From NCBI GenBank assembly GCA_050230475.1, contig JBFLGF010000102.1, positions 1 to 64,000 on the forward strand: a stretch of DNA of 64,000 nt, in the 5' to 3' direction. The notes under the pieces are model-generated. The model made no database searches. It saw only the letters and a program-made list of their open reading frames with translations, and was not told the origin of the DNA. This document shows, piece after piece, positions 47,601-59,310 of the stretch; the first letter of the stretch is position 1, and every line of letters begins with the position of its first letter. The position numbers were made by a program, and so were the translations under genes. The DNA comes from Ancylonema sp. (Eukaryota).

Positions 47601-49129
47601 CCTACTTGGAGTCGGACGCCTTCCGCTGTGCCCAGGGACAGCTGCCCTTCAAGCTGTGGCTGCGAAGGCGACCAGAGATCCGTCAGATGAAGTGGAGCTT
47701 GCGGTTGCGCCCGGCGCGTGTGTTCACCATCCCGGAAGGAGAGCTGCGCAGCGCAGATGCAGAGGGGGGAGGGGGGGGGGCTGGAGATGGGGTACAGGAG
47801 GCCGTGGTGCGCTCCCGCTCTGGTGCCGTCCTTAGTCGCTCCACCATACTCAAGCTCTATCTCCTCCCCGCCCTCGCACAGGCCACCCCCGCCGCCCTCT
47901 CCTTTCAGGGTGCCCCCAATGTCTGCGGGGTGGAGGGCTTCCCCGTCCACAGCATGGCCACGCCCACCGTGGCAGGGGCGCGGGCGGTGTTGAATCATCT
48001 GGGGGCGGGTCCGGGGGCGGACCAAGGGGTGGCCGTTGTGACGGACCTTCGCGAGGAGGCGGTGGTGTACATCTGCGGGAAGCCGTACGTGTTGCGGGAG
48101 GTAGACCAGCCAGTGTCCACGCTGAAGCATGTGGGGATCCAGGGTCCTGTGGTGGAGCAGCTGGAGGCGCGGATGAAGGCAGACATTGTGGCGGAGGTGG
48201 CGCAGATGGGGGGGAGGATTCTGTTGCACTCGGAGTCGGGGGAGGCGGACGTGAGCGGGTTCTGGGAAACAGTGGCAGAGGGGGACGTGAAAACGCCCTC
48301 GGAGGTGTACGCTGAGCTGGCAGGGGAGGGGTTCCGTGTGGAGTACAAGCGCATCCCCCTGACGCGAGAGAGGGAGCCACGTCCCAGCGACATCGACGCC
48401 GTGCAGCGGCGGATGGACGGAGCCCCCCCCCAGGCAGAGTACTTGTTTGTGTCCCACACCGGGTATGGGGGTGTTGCGTACGCCATGGCCATCATATGCC
48501 TACGCACGCTGGCAGACAGGAAACGGGAATCCACCGCCACCCCCTTCTCCACCCCACCGATGAGCCCCCCAACCATAACGCTGTCCACACCGCCTAGAAG
48601 CCATCGCTCCCCTTTCCCCTGTCGCACCCCGCCCCCCCTGGGCTCCCCCCCCTCCCCCCGCACCAGCATGAGAGGCATCCGCCCCCCCAGTTCCCACCGA
48701 GTGGTTGTGGCCGTGGAGCCTCACAAGGGGGCAGAGCAGCAGCGGCAGGCGATGCAGCGGGGGGAGTATCGCGACATCTTGAGTCTGGAGCGCGTGTTGG
48801 TGCACGGCCCAGACAGTAAGTTTGAGGTGGACGAGGTGGCAGACAGGCTGGTCCGTGCGGGGAGGATCCGTGACGACATCCTGGCGCAGAAAGAGTCAGC
48901 GGAGGGGTGGCGTGGGGAGGGGGAGGAGGATAAGGAGCGGCAGGCGGCCTGCGCCGACATGGCCATCAAAGCCTTGCGGCGCTATTGTTACCTCATCATG
49001 TTTCGCGCCTACCTCTACTCGCGGGTGGCGGAGGCTGGGAACACCACAGCAGGACAGGCAGCATTCGCCAAGTGGATGGAAGCGCGGCCGGAACTAGGAT
49101 ACATCTTCACGCACTTGAGGACAGAGTAG
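44641..49129 (+). CDS. PALD1: Paladin-like protein (three PTP-like/inositol-phosphate phosphatase domains)
   Basis: Exons 44641-44808, 44878-45078, 45160-46389, 46480-46797, 46883-49129 (possible extra in-frame intron 47054-47161). Repeated motifs LKSDH(F/Y)PGCQ, GAPN(Y/F)R, NMREE, ER(V/I)P(V/I)TD.K.P-like segments, two FNCQMGRGRTTTG CX5R motifs; third domain has SHTGYGG. Confidence 0.93.
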
Positions 49130-51544
49130 GTGCTGGGAAGAAGCGGACGTGGGGCGGATAGACAGAGCTTCAATAAAGGACTCCAGCCGACAGAGTTGGA
49201 AGTAAACCAAGAAGGTCGTGCTGGCAGCTGTATACACGCCCTACCGTCCTATCTCCTACGTGTATCACTTGCTTAAATACCACCAATAATACTTCTGTGC
49301 AGTATTCCAATTCGGCTTAATCAAATTTTGAAGAAAGTTGTCATTGTAAGTCATATTTTTCTCGAGCACCTAACATGTGTGCTAACAAATTGGTCGCAGG
49401 TTCGCTTTTTTTGTTTGGCTGAAAAGTAAATGATTTTCTTGCATGCATGTACCACAATGGTGGTCGAGCACAAAGAGTTTCCTCCTTTCAAACACCTACT
49501 CGGGAATGGATGGCTGCCCACCGTAAAAACACCATGAGTTGTGCACATGATCCTTCTTTTTCAAATGGACCCGAGAGCCATCAATCAATGGATGCCGTGG
49601 CAGTGTGGTGCGAGTATTAACAACGGACCAGCTATACATAGAGGGATTGCAAAACTTTATTTCGTTATAGAACAAGTGTTGTACTTAACTATGAACTAGG
49701 CAACGAGCAAGCACAATTTTGATGAGAACAAGAAAAGATCTACTAGAAGCGAGTTTGTTGGCGAGCCGATGAATGTGCTCATTTTACTCCGAAATGTGAA
49801 CTCAAAAAAATATTCCACACAAGCAAACGAGAAAACGAGAAAAAGATAAAGAAGTACTTTAAATTTGGCACACGCCTAAAAATACGTTGAAATTCGAAGC
49901 CACAACAGCTACACAGATACCCTTCTGTATGTACTATGTTGTTTTCTCATTGTGTGCTCCACAACATTTTTAAACGCAATGTTTAAAGCCATGGTCCACA
50001 AAAGCTTTTCCTCTGTTTCTATGCCTTCTTCGCCCCAGCCTGGGTCCATCAACAAAGTGGGGGTGGTAGGAAGAGTTCCATGGAAACGGTTGTGTGATAG
50101 ATCCCTGTGGTCGGCAGGAGGAAACAATATTACAAAATTAATTCGAGATGTACACGAGCACCACAAAGTCTCGCAACTCTCGCCAATGATGTGCCATCTC
50201 CACTCATGTGAAATATACCATCTGAAGTACACTATGTTGTGCGATTGTCACTTTGATAGTTTCGCCTAGACTTCTGGGAAGAACGGGGGTGAATTCAAAA
50301 TGACATGGTCTGTAATAATTTCGGAAGGCGGTAATATTTGAGCAAACGAGTGTATGAAATAGTATGACAGTTGCAAGAGACATGTTGCAACATTTTATAT
50401 TTATCACTATTTCACGAGGTCACATATTTATTTGACATATGTAGTCCTATTTGATATGTAGGGTATGAGTAAGAACATCTTAATAATTTATTTGGATGTA
50501 ACGTGTACTAGGGACACCATCGTCTTGACACACTTATTCATGGGTTTTGGGTTTTTTTTGGGTTTTTTGAGACAACCGATGTACAACCGGCCCAAAAAAC
50601 AAGTGCAAAAATAATATTTAAAAAACGCATACTACCTTGCCATTAAACTAGTAAAAATTTTTTGACGGATTTGCGGGTACAATTCCTCATTAATCTCTAT
50701 GATAACATATGATATAGCTCACTCGTAAAATGTTGGTGAGGTGATGTTTGATTCTGATATTAATTACGGACTTAACTCTTGTGTTATGAACAACGCTACA
50801 TTATATTAGAATTCTATAAATTCTGGTAAATTATGGAGTAGATTGTCAAATTTCTAGTACATAAAGATACTTTCTTGTTTTTAAAATTTATTGCCACTAA
50901 GGGGGAGCAAAACCAATCCTCCATTTGTAAGCAATTTTTGTCACAACTTGTCTCTTGCAAAAGTTGACTTGATTATGGAATGAGAATGGCAAATGTTAGA
51001 CCAACCTATAAGAAAAGTAGAAGTCTCAAACTGCGATGTGCATAACTATTTTCTCAATGGACTATAGAATCGATAAACGAAAAACAACAACTTTCATTTA
51101 TCTGCAGTACCGCATTCATTAGAAACTTGCAGAAACAAAAGATGAACGAGGTTCCCAATGCTCATCGGAATCGGCCCACTCAGTTGAATGTTAATAAGCC
51201 CTCTGCACGCCAAGAGACACGCCAAAGTTTAGTATAAGTTTTGAATAATACAATCATGAAAACTATGCTACATATGTATAACAGCAAAACGAATTGTAGG
51301 GAAGATAATACACTAAGTACTATGACATCTCTCGGTTGAACATACCTATTCTATTTTGCAAAGACGATTATATTTATTTTTTGAACCATGTAACGTCTCA
51401 CTAAAATGTTGTCACCGAGAGAGTTGATAGCTGAGTCACGAATTTTCATTCCATTACTTCAAAAAAGAAAAAGAAGGGCACCCTATGCAATCTATTTTTA
51501 TGTACGTGACATTAAAAGTTGCAACAAACAAATAAAAGTTTTAC

Positions 51545-51920
51545 ATGTTTGTGTTTGTGCGGGTAGAGCCGGGGGACTTCGTGTTGGTAAAGCGTCCATC
51601 TGAGGGAACGCTGGACGTGGACAGCCGGCTACATATCTTGAAAGTGGTGCGGCGAAAGCCATCGGGAGTGGTGGTGCTGCAGGGGCAAGATGCAGCTCGG
51701 ATTGAGGAACAGGGACAGAACGTGGCGCCGTGTTCCCTTCTTATCCTCGACAAGCGGATCTACCCAATTATTTTGCGGGGGATGCTTTGCATTGTCAGGA
51801 ATGTTGGAGTCGGGAGCAAGGGGAGGATATGGTACTCAGGAGGCGTACCACACTTTTTGCCTTACCCCACCTTTGCCGGATATTCCATTGGGGGCATGGG
51901 TATGCCCGTATCACTAGGTC
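51545..51920 (+). pseudogene. Gypsy-type integrase C-terminal remnant followed by a PHD finger
   Basis: EPGDFVLVKR..TLDV...[17 protein letters not shown]...NVAPC (GPF/Y-like region), then frameshifted C..C ... [23 protein letters not shown]. Confidence 0.7.
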
Positions 51921-52030
51921 CAGTATGATGTCTTGGGGGTGTTCAGGTGGTTGAGGGGTGATTAAACTGCAAAAGGGTGGCCCACTATTTATTCTTGCAG
52001 TTCCAACCTCTAAATCGAGGTGTCTCACTT

Positions 52031-52942
52031 AGAGCGTGGGGGGGGAGTAAAATCAAATTGTGTAGGCGTGACTAGCTTTGTTGCGATGCGCTAGGGGGTG
52101 TGTTGTGACGGTGTGACGATGTAATGCAATGCTAGTAGCTATCTTAGTTTTGTCTCACGGAACGGGGACGGTTCCTTTCCGCAAGTTTCCTCTTGGTTGT
52201 TGTTAGTAGGCTTTGGAATATCTTTGCTAGCCGCACGTGTGAGTGACGTGCATGAGGTTATCGATGTGTATGCATACGCCAGCTCTCGTAGCGGTAGCGA
52301 TCGTTTGTTATAGCGGGTCCGCCCCCGTTGTAGCCGGTTAAATTACGGTACGCCGCTGAAGTCGGGATATTCAGGCCGGCGCTAGTTATCGGTCAGTTGT
52401 TGTCATATCGAGGGCTTCATTTCGAGGGCTTAATTTCGATTCAGATTCGTCGGCCGTGCGCTCGCAGGCACGTGCCGGGGTACGCCAGCCGCCATACTAA
52501 ACATCGGGAAGTAGCTTTGTACGGTTACTTCCAGCTATAACTTCCCGGAAACTTATGTGTATCGTCTGAATATTGTACATGTGTACTTTGCATCACAGTA
52601 TAGCTTCATACGTCATGGATTGTTTGGCTGGAATGCACACCATAGCCTCATAAATTGGTCTCTACATGCCGCATTTAGGCACCCTCGGCAAACCTTGCCT
52701 TGAATAGTTTATTAAAATCAAATTGTGTACGCGTGACTAGCTTTGTTGCGATGCGCTAATGGGTTTGGTGTGATGGTGTGACCATGTAATGCAATGCAAT
52801 TAGCTATCTTAGTTGTGTCACACGGAACGGGGACGGGTCCTTTCCGCACGTGTTCGCTTGGTCGTTGTTAGTAGGCTTTGGAATATCTTTGCTAGCCGCA
52901 CGTGTGAGTGACGTGCATGAGGTTATCGATGTGTATGCATAC
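52031..52942 (+). mobile_element. G-rich tract plus LTR-like sequence with its first 230 bp repeated in tandem
   Basis: G run at 52031-52047; 52048-52277 recurs at 52713-52942 (665-bp period). Related to the reverse complement of ~200-480 and 2700-2760. Confidence 0.7.
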
Positions 52943-54051
52943 ATCAACATACAACAACAAAAAATTACAAACAACGGCGTTCTACATTTAACGACCACAA
53001 AAGATTTATTATAAGAAACAACGCCCAAACGAATATTACCATACCCAAATTATACCAAACAATGAAAACGGAGAGCTAAGTGTCGTGGTGCAGCCACACC
53101 TTGTATTAGATTGTATATATATTATATAAATTATACATATAGATTACCATGTATGTGTCGTATCATGTCCACGGACTGCGGGACGCGGGACTGACCGATG
53201 ACGGACGGTGGTACCGTTTCCTAACACGTTCCGAACGGCCGCATAACAGTTCCGAATCGTCGGGTACCGACGGCTGGGAGTTCCGATTGCCGAAGTACCA
53301 ACTTCCGATACTTCCGATTCCTGCCGGATACCATACCGGCCAGGCTTGGGCGGGGCAAGGAAATTAAATTAAAAAATGGGGCCTTAAGATTGGGGCCTTA
53401 AGATTCAATACACTCCTTGAGAACTTGTCTTCTTCTAGTGCCCTCATTACGCCTCCATTTTCTATGCCGTGAAATGCTGTGGGTAGATATTCTTATCAAC
53501 TTCAGTTTAAGTTGCGCTACGTTACGTGATTCTACGGATCGTTTGCGTGGTGATAATCCGTTGGCCTCCGCATTCAAATCACCGCGCCCGGGAGGCAGCC
53601 ACGCGATATTTTCTAGGTATCGCATATCTTGTTCATTCTTGGATTTTTAAATTTCAGTACGTAGCCCTTTGTAGAGGCTACAATTTGAGTCCAAGTGGGC
53701 GTTAGGGGTCGCCGTATCACTTATGCAATCTCATTTCGTTTTTAGCTGATTTTGGCCTATTTTGAGACCCTACGGCTATGGCCGGAGGGGGAGGGACTCA
53801 AGGGTCCCTCCCCTAGCTTTCGGCAAGGAGTAGGTCTTTGATTTACTGCCCTAACAATTGTGGAAAGTACTATACCAGCGCCGCATGGTTGGCACGTCAT
53901 GTCGCAACATGTGTTCCGGACCCTGCATTGAGTGGGGGAGGCCCCGCACATGCTTCACCGGCCCTTCCCCGCCTCCCACCTTCGTCTTCGTGGTTCTGAG
54001 CCCTCGGCATTACGCTGTGCGATCCTACCGCCACAGGGTTGCATACTTGGA

Positions 54052-57049
54052 CATGCATCCAACGACCAGTAGTGGACCCAGCGCAACACCCGCACCAACA
54101 TCTACACCCCAACCTGTCAGGTCACCACCACTCCACCCGATACAACCATCAGTACAACATATCGCACCTGGAGGAAATACCAGTTTGGGACAACTCTTCA
54201 TCACCAATATGGAGGCAGAATCTCGTCGACCTGCGCCACGCGAGGTTACTGCATACCCTCAAGATGACAGAGATCTTACAACTGTGGAAATATCCAGATC
54301 TATTATCCGTCAATTCCCCAACCAATTTCAAATCACCTCAGCATTCAGAGTACCCAGTCTTCAAACTATGATAGATTGGAAAATCATCCCTGCAACTCTT
54401 CATAAAATCCAAGAGGAAGAAATTCAAAGACAGATTTACAAACCAACCCAACCAGACATCATCAACCATTTGGTGCATGAACATGCACGACAAGGCAGGA
54501 AACTACTAGCCAATGGGAGAGCCTGAGCACAAGCCATTACTCAACCATTTCCTATTCCACTCAAATGGAAGGGTCGCCAACTCCATGGCACGAAACCTCT
54601 TCCTTCTACTATCAGCTACATTCGTGATGAATGTTCCACCCAAGGAGTGCACATTTGGATGTCATGCCGCTAGAGATCGTTAGAAAATAAAGTCTTTTTA
54701 ATTGTCGATCCGCTTGAAAAATAGCAATTTTGGTAATTGTCGATTTTTAGTCGTTATATTGAACCCTGTCGTTATATGAGTTTCAATCAGTCAGACGTTT
54801 GATTTGATAATTTTTTTATACTCAGTCAATCTAGAAAAGTCAGTGCACCACTTTTTAGATTTTAAGTCAGAGTCTTTTGTCGTATCGACGAGTTAGTAGA
54901 TTCCCAGTGCGCGCCGAGTTTTATCTCAGTCAGCCAGCCTGGCGTTTAATCCGCCGCACGTGTTAAATCTAGAACTCTAGAATAGACAGTCACGATTAGC
55001 TGTCTAGTCGATATTCGTTTTCTACCTTACATCAAGATAAAATCTAGATTACCGCGCGGGTGAAACGGCGCGTCGATTGTACTAAAGCCTAAGTCGCTTT
55101 CTGAACTGCTGTCAGTTTACGCTGTCTGAATTTCAACAACTCTTTGCAATCGCCATCTTTGCAATCTCCGTGAAATCGTGTATTCTGCAATCGTCAACAA
55201 TCGTTATCAAGTGTGCCGTTTCGCCTTTGATATTTTGTGTGAATTTCTGCAAACTTCGCGTCGCTCCATTCAGCCGTAAGTCTGCGAAATTGCCTGATTG
55301 CTTGTGCGTGCTGTCGCACAAAAATTCGTGTGCCGTTTTGCATACGCATTGTGTGAAATTATGCCGTAGTCAGAATTAACGTTACCCTTGCAAAATCGTG
55401 ACCCTAGCAAGTCATTGATTGTCAGCCGTTTTGCTGACGTCAAAAATCGTTACATTTAGCTGCACCGTTTCGTGCGAGCTCAGCCAGACAATTCACTCTT
55501 TGAATTGCCTGCACCCGTTCAAGCTTTTCAGTGAATCGTTTTGTTCACGACAACGTTTCATTCCTGAAACCAATAGTGAGTGCGCACCCCGTCGCAACCA
55601 ACTATCATTCATTCTGCACCCTTGTATAAATTCTATAGCTATGTGCCTTGCGTTCTCTTTACTCGTAGTTGTCACCTGTCGTAAGGTACGATAACCTGCA
55701 ACGCCTGATTAACCTTAGTGTTGTTTCTAGACCTCCCACCACTAAGCGTTGAGTGCATCTCAGCTTTCGGCGAGTAGTAGCTACGGCAAACTTCGTTGAT
55801 AAGTCACATACCGTGCTTGAATTACATTCTTGTGTGGTCAGTAGGGATTCAACCAATCTACGTGAGATCCAGATGATGACCAAAGGCCCAATTCTAATGC
55901 AGCTCACGCAGACAAGCAGCCAAGACATCAACCGACATCCGTCATTTTCATCGACGCAGAAAATTACAAAAAGACAAGTTTTGCAGATTTTTCCAAAATC
56001 TGTCGATTTCTTTGTTTTTTAGAGATTTCGCCGACAGGGTGTTTGCCGACTCTATCTGGCACGTCATGGATTCCCTGGGTAAACGCAGACCTGACTCCAA
56101 TCGTGTACAGCCTCAAACAAGGGAAACTCATCAAAGGCGTCACTATAGCCACACCAGACGTCCACTGCAAAAACATCGTGCGTCAGAACCTGCGCAAACT
56201 TCAACTCAGTTACCCACATCTGTTACCAGACTCTGCCATCAATTTGTGTGACAACATTTTACCACCCCGCGCTGTGGACATCACCTTGGCCCAGATGAGA
56301 GAACTGGTCGCAAAACATGGACCGATCGACATTGTGGGGGGAAACTGGCACATGGAAACACGCCGCTCATTCAGTGGACAGCAAGGGGTCAATGACTACC
56401 GCATACTACCCTTCTTCGCAGTTCTATCATGGCTCCACTGGCAGAATGAGATCTATGGCTTCTACCCCGTCACCCTTTTCTCACATGTGGACTACCCGGA
56501 ATGCCCACTGTGGGCCATCGAACAGGGCTACTTGGTTGAAGCTTTCCTCGGACCATCAGTCACTATTGACGCAGCCACCTTGGCTGGAAATATCATTCGA
56601 CCTACCCGCATCTGGACCAACATTCTCACACCACGACGAGAACTTCACTACTGCATACCCGAACATAGATTTGCACACACTCTGGACAAACAAGTGCTGG
56701 AACCAACCCATACTGCAGTACCTGCTCTAAGGAGGAAGCTATACCACACACCCCGAACATATATGAGCAACCACGCTGCGTTTTTCCACAACTTCCACCA
56801 TACCTGGACTCACCCAACTATTTCATACAACCAGATGGGACACCGGGATGTGGCATGGTGTACGACGCAAACCTTCAGCAATGGCAGGCATCCACACCAT
56901 ACGAATTGGAACGTGCACTGAGACTCCAGATCGGCATCACTGCACACAAGATTATTGATCAACCCACACGTGTACAATTCTTGGGGCACTGCATGGATGA
57001 CCGCATCACTACCTTTATCGCAAGACTACATTTGGGACTCACCACATAG
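54052..57049 (+). pseudogene. Disrupted DNMT3-like C5 cytosine-methyltransferase-fold ORF lacking catalytic motifs
   Basis: Removing 54660-56066 plus one TSD rejoins ...STQGVHIW|IPWVNADL... in frame. Downstream: DIT....HGPIDIVGG, LGPSVTIDAA...RPTRIWTN, and after a frameshift near 56720, ELERAL..IG.T...R..FLGHCMD. Premature TGA at 54524. Start codon uncertain. Confidence 0.7.
54660..56066. mobile_element. Solo LTR (1407 bp) inserted in the methyltransferase-like ORF
   Basis: TG...CA termini with imperfect inverted repeat (TGTCATGCC/GGCACGTCA); exact 4-bp TSD TGGA at 54656-54659 and 56067-56070; excision restores the flanking reading frame. Confidence 0.85.
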
Positions 57050-57080
57050 GAATCAACCCTCACCCCGGACACCAGGTATA

Positions 57081-58565
57081 CAGTGCAGTCTTGATATAGT
57101 GACACACTGTACAGTGACAATCGCGATATAATGACATTTGTTTTGCCCTTTTTCTAATCCTATATAAAAACGTACTTTATATAGTGACAATCGCTATAGT
57201 GACACACGTTATAGTGACCAAAAATTCCCAGATTTTTGTATTGCGATGTCACTATATCGAGTGGATATTAAAGTAAACGCCGTTTAGATGACCCACCTCC
57301 CCCCCTTCAGGAAAAAAAAAAAAACACACTGAAATAGAGAACTAACGTTATAACGAAAACATGTCGTCATAATCATAAAGATCTCTCTAGAACATTCTGG
57401 TCGTCCAAAACGTGTAGAACATCTGCAACACCAAGAGGTCAAGTCAGATTGACAGAACTTCACAAACGCCATTTACCTGCATACTCTTCATTTGTACACT
57501 TTCACCGCCTGCCGTCGCAAGGATGGCAGGCGGTACTTCATCCGGAGGTGCATCTTCATCTCGCGTGAAACGAAAACGGATCGCCTTGACAGGAGCCGAG
57601 AAGAAGCTTTTGTGTGAACTACGTGATCAAAATCCAGGCTGAACTCAAGAAACTCTCTGTGAAAGAGTGAGTGCGCAACTTGAGAAGCAAGTTAGCAAAC
57701 CTGTCTTTGTAAGCATTTGGAAGGATCGTGAGAAATGGCTCGCTCTAAGTGAATTAGAAAGCTCAAAAAAGAGGAATCGGCCTGGGAGATTCGAAAAGGT
57801 CGAAGAGGGCGTTCTTATCTGGTTTTAGCAGGTACGAATAGAGTGTGTAAACGCTTTTAAATGTGGTTACTAGTATTGTTGCTCATACGAATTTCTTGTC
57901 CGTTGAAAGGCGTGTTATAGTTATTATATTAGTAACCACTGCAAATGCTGATAGGGAATTCTGGCGTTTCCCGTTTGTGCAGGCAAGGGCAGCAAATTTA
58001 AACCTGAGGGATAGACTTGTGGTCTAGAAGGCGAAGGATTTGGCGGTGGCCCTGGGGGACACCGAGTTTAGGGGCTCCGTTGGCTGGCTATCTAACTTCA
58101 AGAATCGAAATGGGATAAAGGGCGAGATTGGGCATGGCGAGAGCGCAGACGCCAACCAAAGCGGGGTGGATTTGGCCAGGGAAGCAGTATCCAAGGTCAT
58201 TGAGAAAGGAGGTTACAAAATGGAAGACATTTTCAATATGGACGAGACAGGCCTTTTTTGGAAGTCTCGCCCATCGAATTCACTTGCCCAAGGTTAGTAT
58301 TTGGTATAAAAAGATTGCACATTTTGTTGATAGTATCTTCTACTTATTATGGAAAAAACATCTTTCGTCATGTGCAGGTACCATCCGTGGATTCAAGGAT
58401 TCGAAGGAGCGCATCACAGTAGGATTTTGTGTGAATGCTATTGGGACGGAGCGTTTGAAGCCCATCGTCATCCACAAGTTTCGCAGACCACACGATTTTG
58501 GAAGGTGGTGGAAACCTGACATGACCCACTACTACGTGAACTCCAAGGCCTGGATGACTGGCCAA
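57081..58565 (+). mobile_element. pogo/Tigger-like DNA transposon, 3'-truncated, with intron-containing transposase pseudogene
   Basis: TA|CAGTG terminus and repeated ATAGTGACA motifs. Transposase ATG 57523, exons 57523-57831, 57983-58292, 58378-~58565; CENP-B-type HTH (F..S.GWL.NFK.R), IFNMDETGLFWK, KERITV...NA.GTERL, NSKAWMT; three in-frame stops. Confidence 0.88.
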
Positions 58566-58711
58566 GTGGATATTGATGCTAAGTGCTCTAAAAGTATCAT
58601 ACTTCGATGACTTCCATTTTCCGCCTTATGACCGCCAAGTGATAGTTTTTGCCTTGTAGTTGAAGAGTATCCTTTTTTAATGAATTTTAATATTTTGCCT
58701 ACCCCCTACAG

Positions 58712-59310
58712 TATTGCATATTGAACGTGCACTACTCTCCTTTATGTAAAAGCAAAGTATTCAACAAGTGCAAATTCAGAATTCATATATCAATTCATCA
58801 TGGTCTCCTTGCAAGAAATTATTTTTAAAAAAGATAGTAGAAAGTTCATACACGAGAGTCTTAGTACAAACCAACTCAAATCCTAACTGATGCAACTTCT
58901 GGGATCGACAGCCCCTGACCTCTAAGCATACCCACGTATCACTTATGTGTCACTATCTCACACCTAGTGTCTTGTAAAGTCGACACGTTATCTGTCAATC
59001 CTTACACACGTGTTTAAAAATCACCACCTTTTGTCAACACGTGTATCATTATAAATGAAACACAACACAATTAAAATCACTCGATTCGGACCACGCATGA
59101 CGCGTGTCGACCAATTCAAAGTTGACGGTTTACCGTCTATACCCCTAATTTGCACTCAGAACGTAATACTTGTAAAATCCATATCTTTCTAACCACAACT
59201 CCAAATCAACTAATTCTTTCACTAAAATTATCCTTGAGTTATCATCTCTACAATTCACACATCGACACAACCCAAATTTTACTTATTGTACAGATTTCTA
59301 GTTTCTCACA
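58712..59310 (-). repeat. 3' LTR of the Copia element (599 bp)
   Basis: 58712-~58933 is near-identical to 63779-64000; the other end abuts the PPT at 59311-59320. Confidence 0.9.

Noticed and set aside
53385..53405. 14-bp tandem duplication TGGGGCCTTAAGAT
   Set aside because: Isolated; cannot tell an excision footprint from slippage.
54524..54526. Selenocysteine or readthrough at the in-frame TGA
   Set aside because: The ORF has other disruptions; a CGA-to-TGA nonsense change is simpler, and no SECIS was seen.
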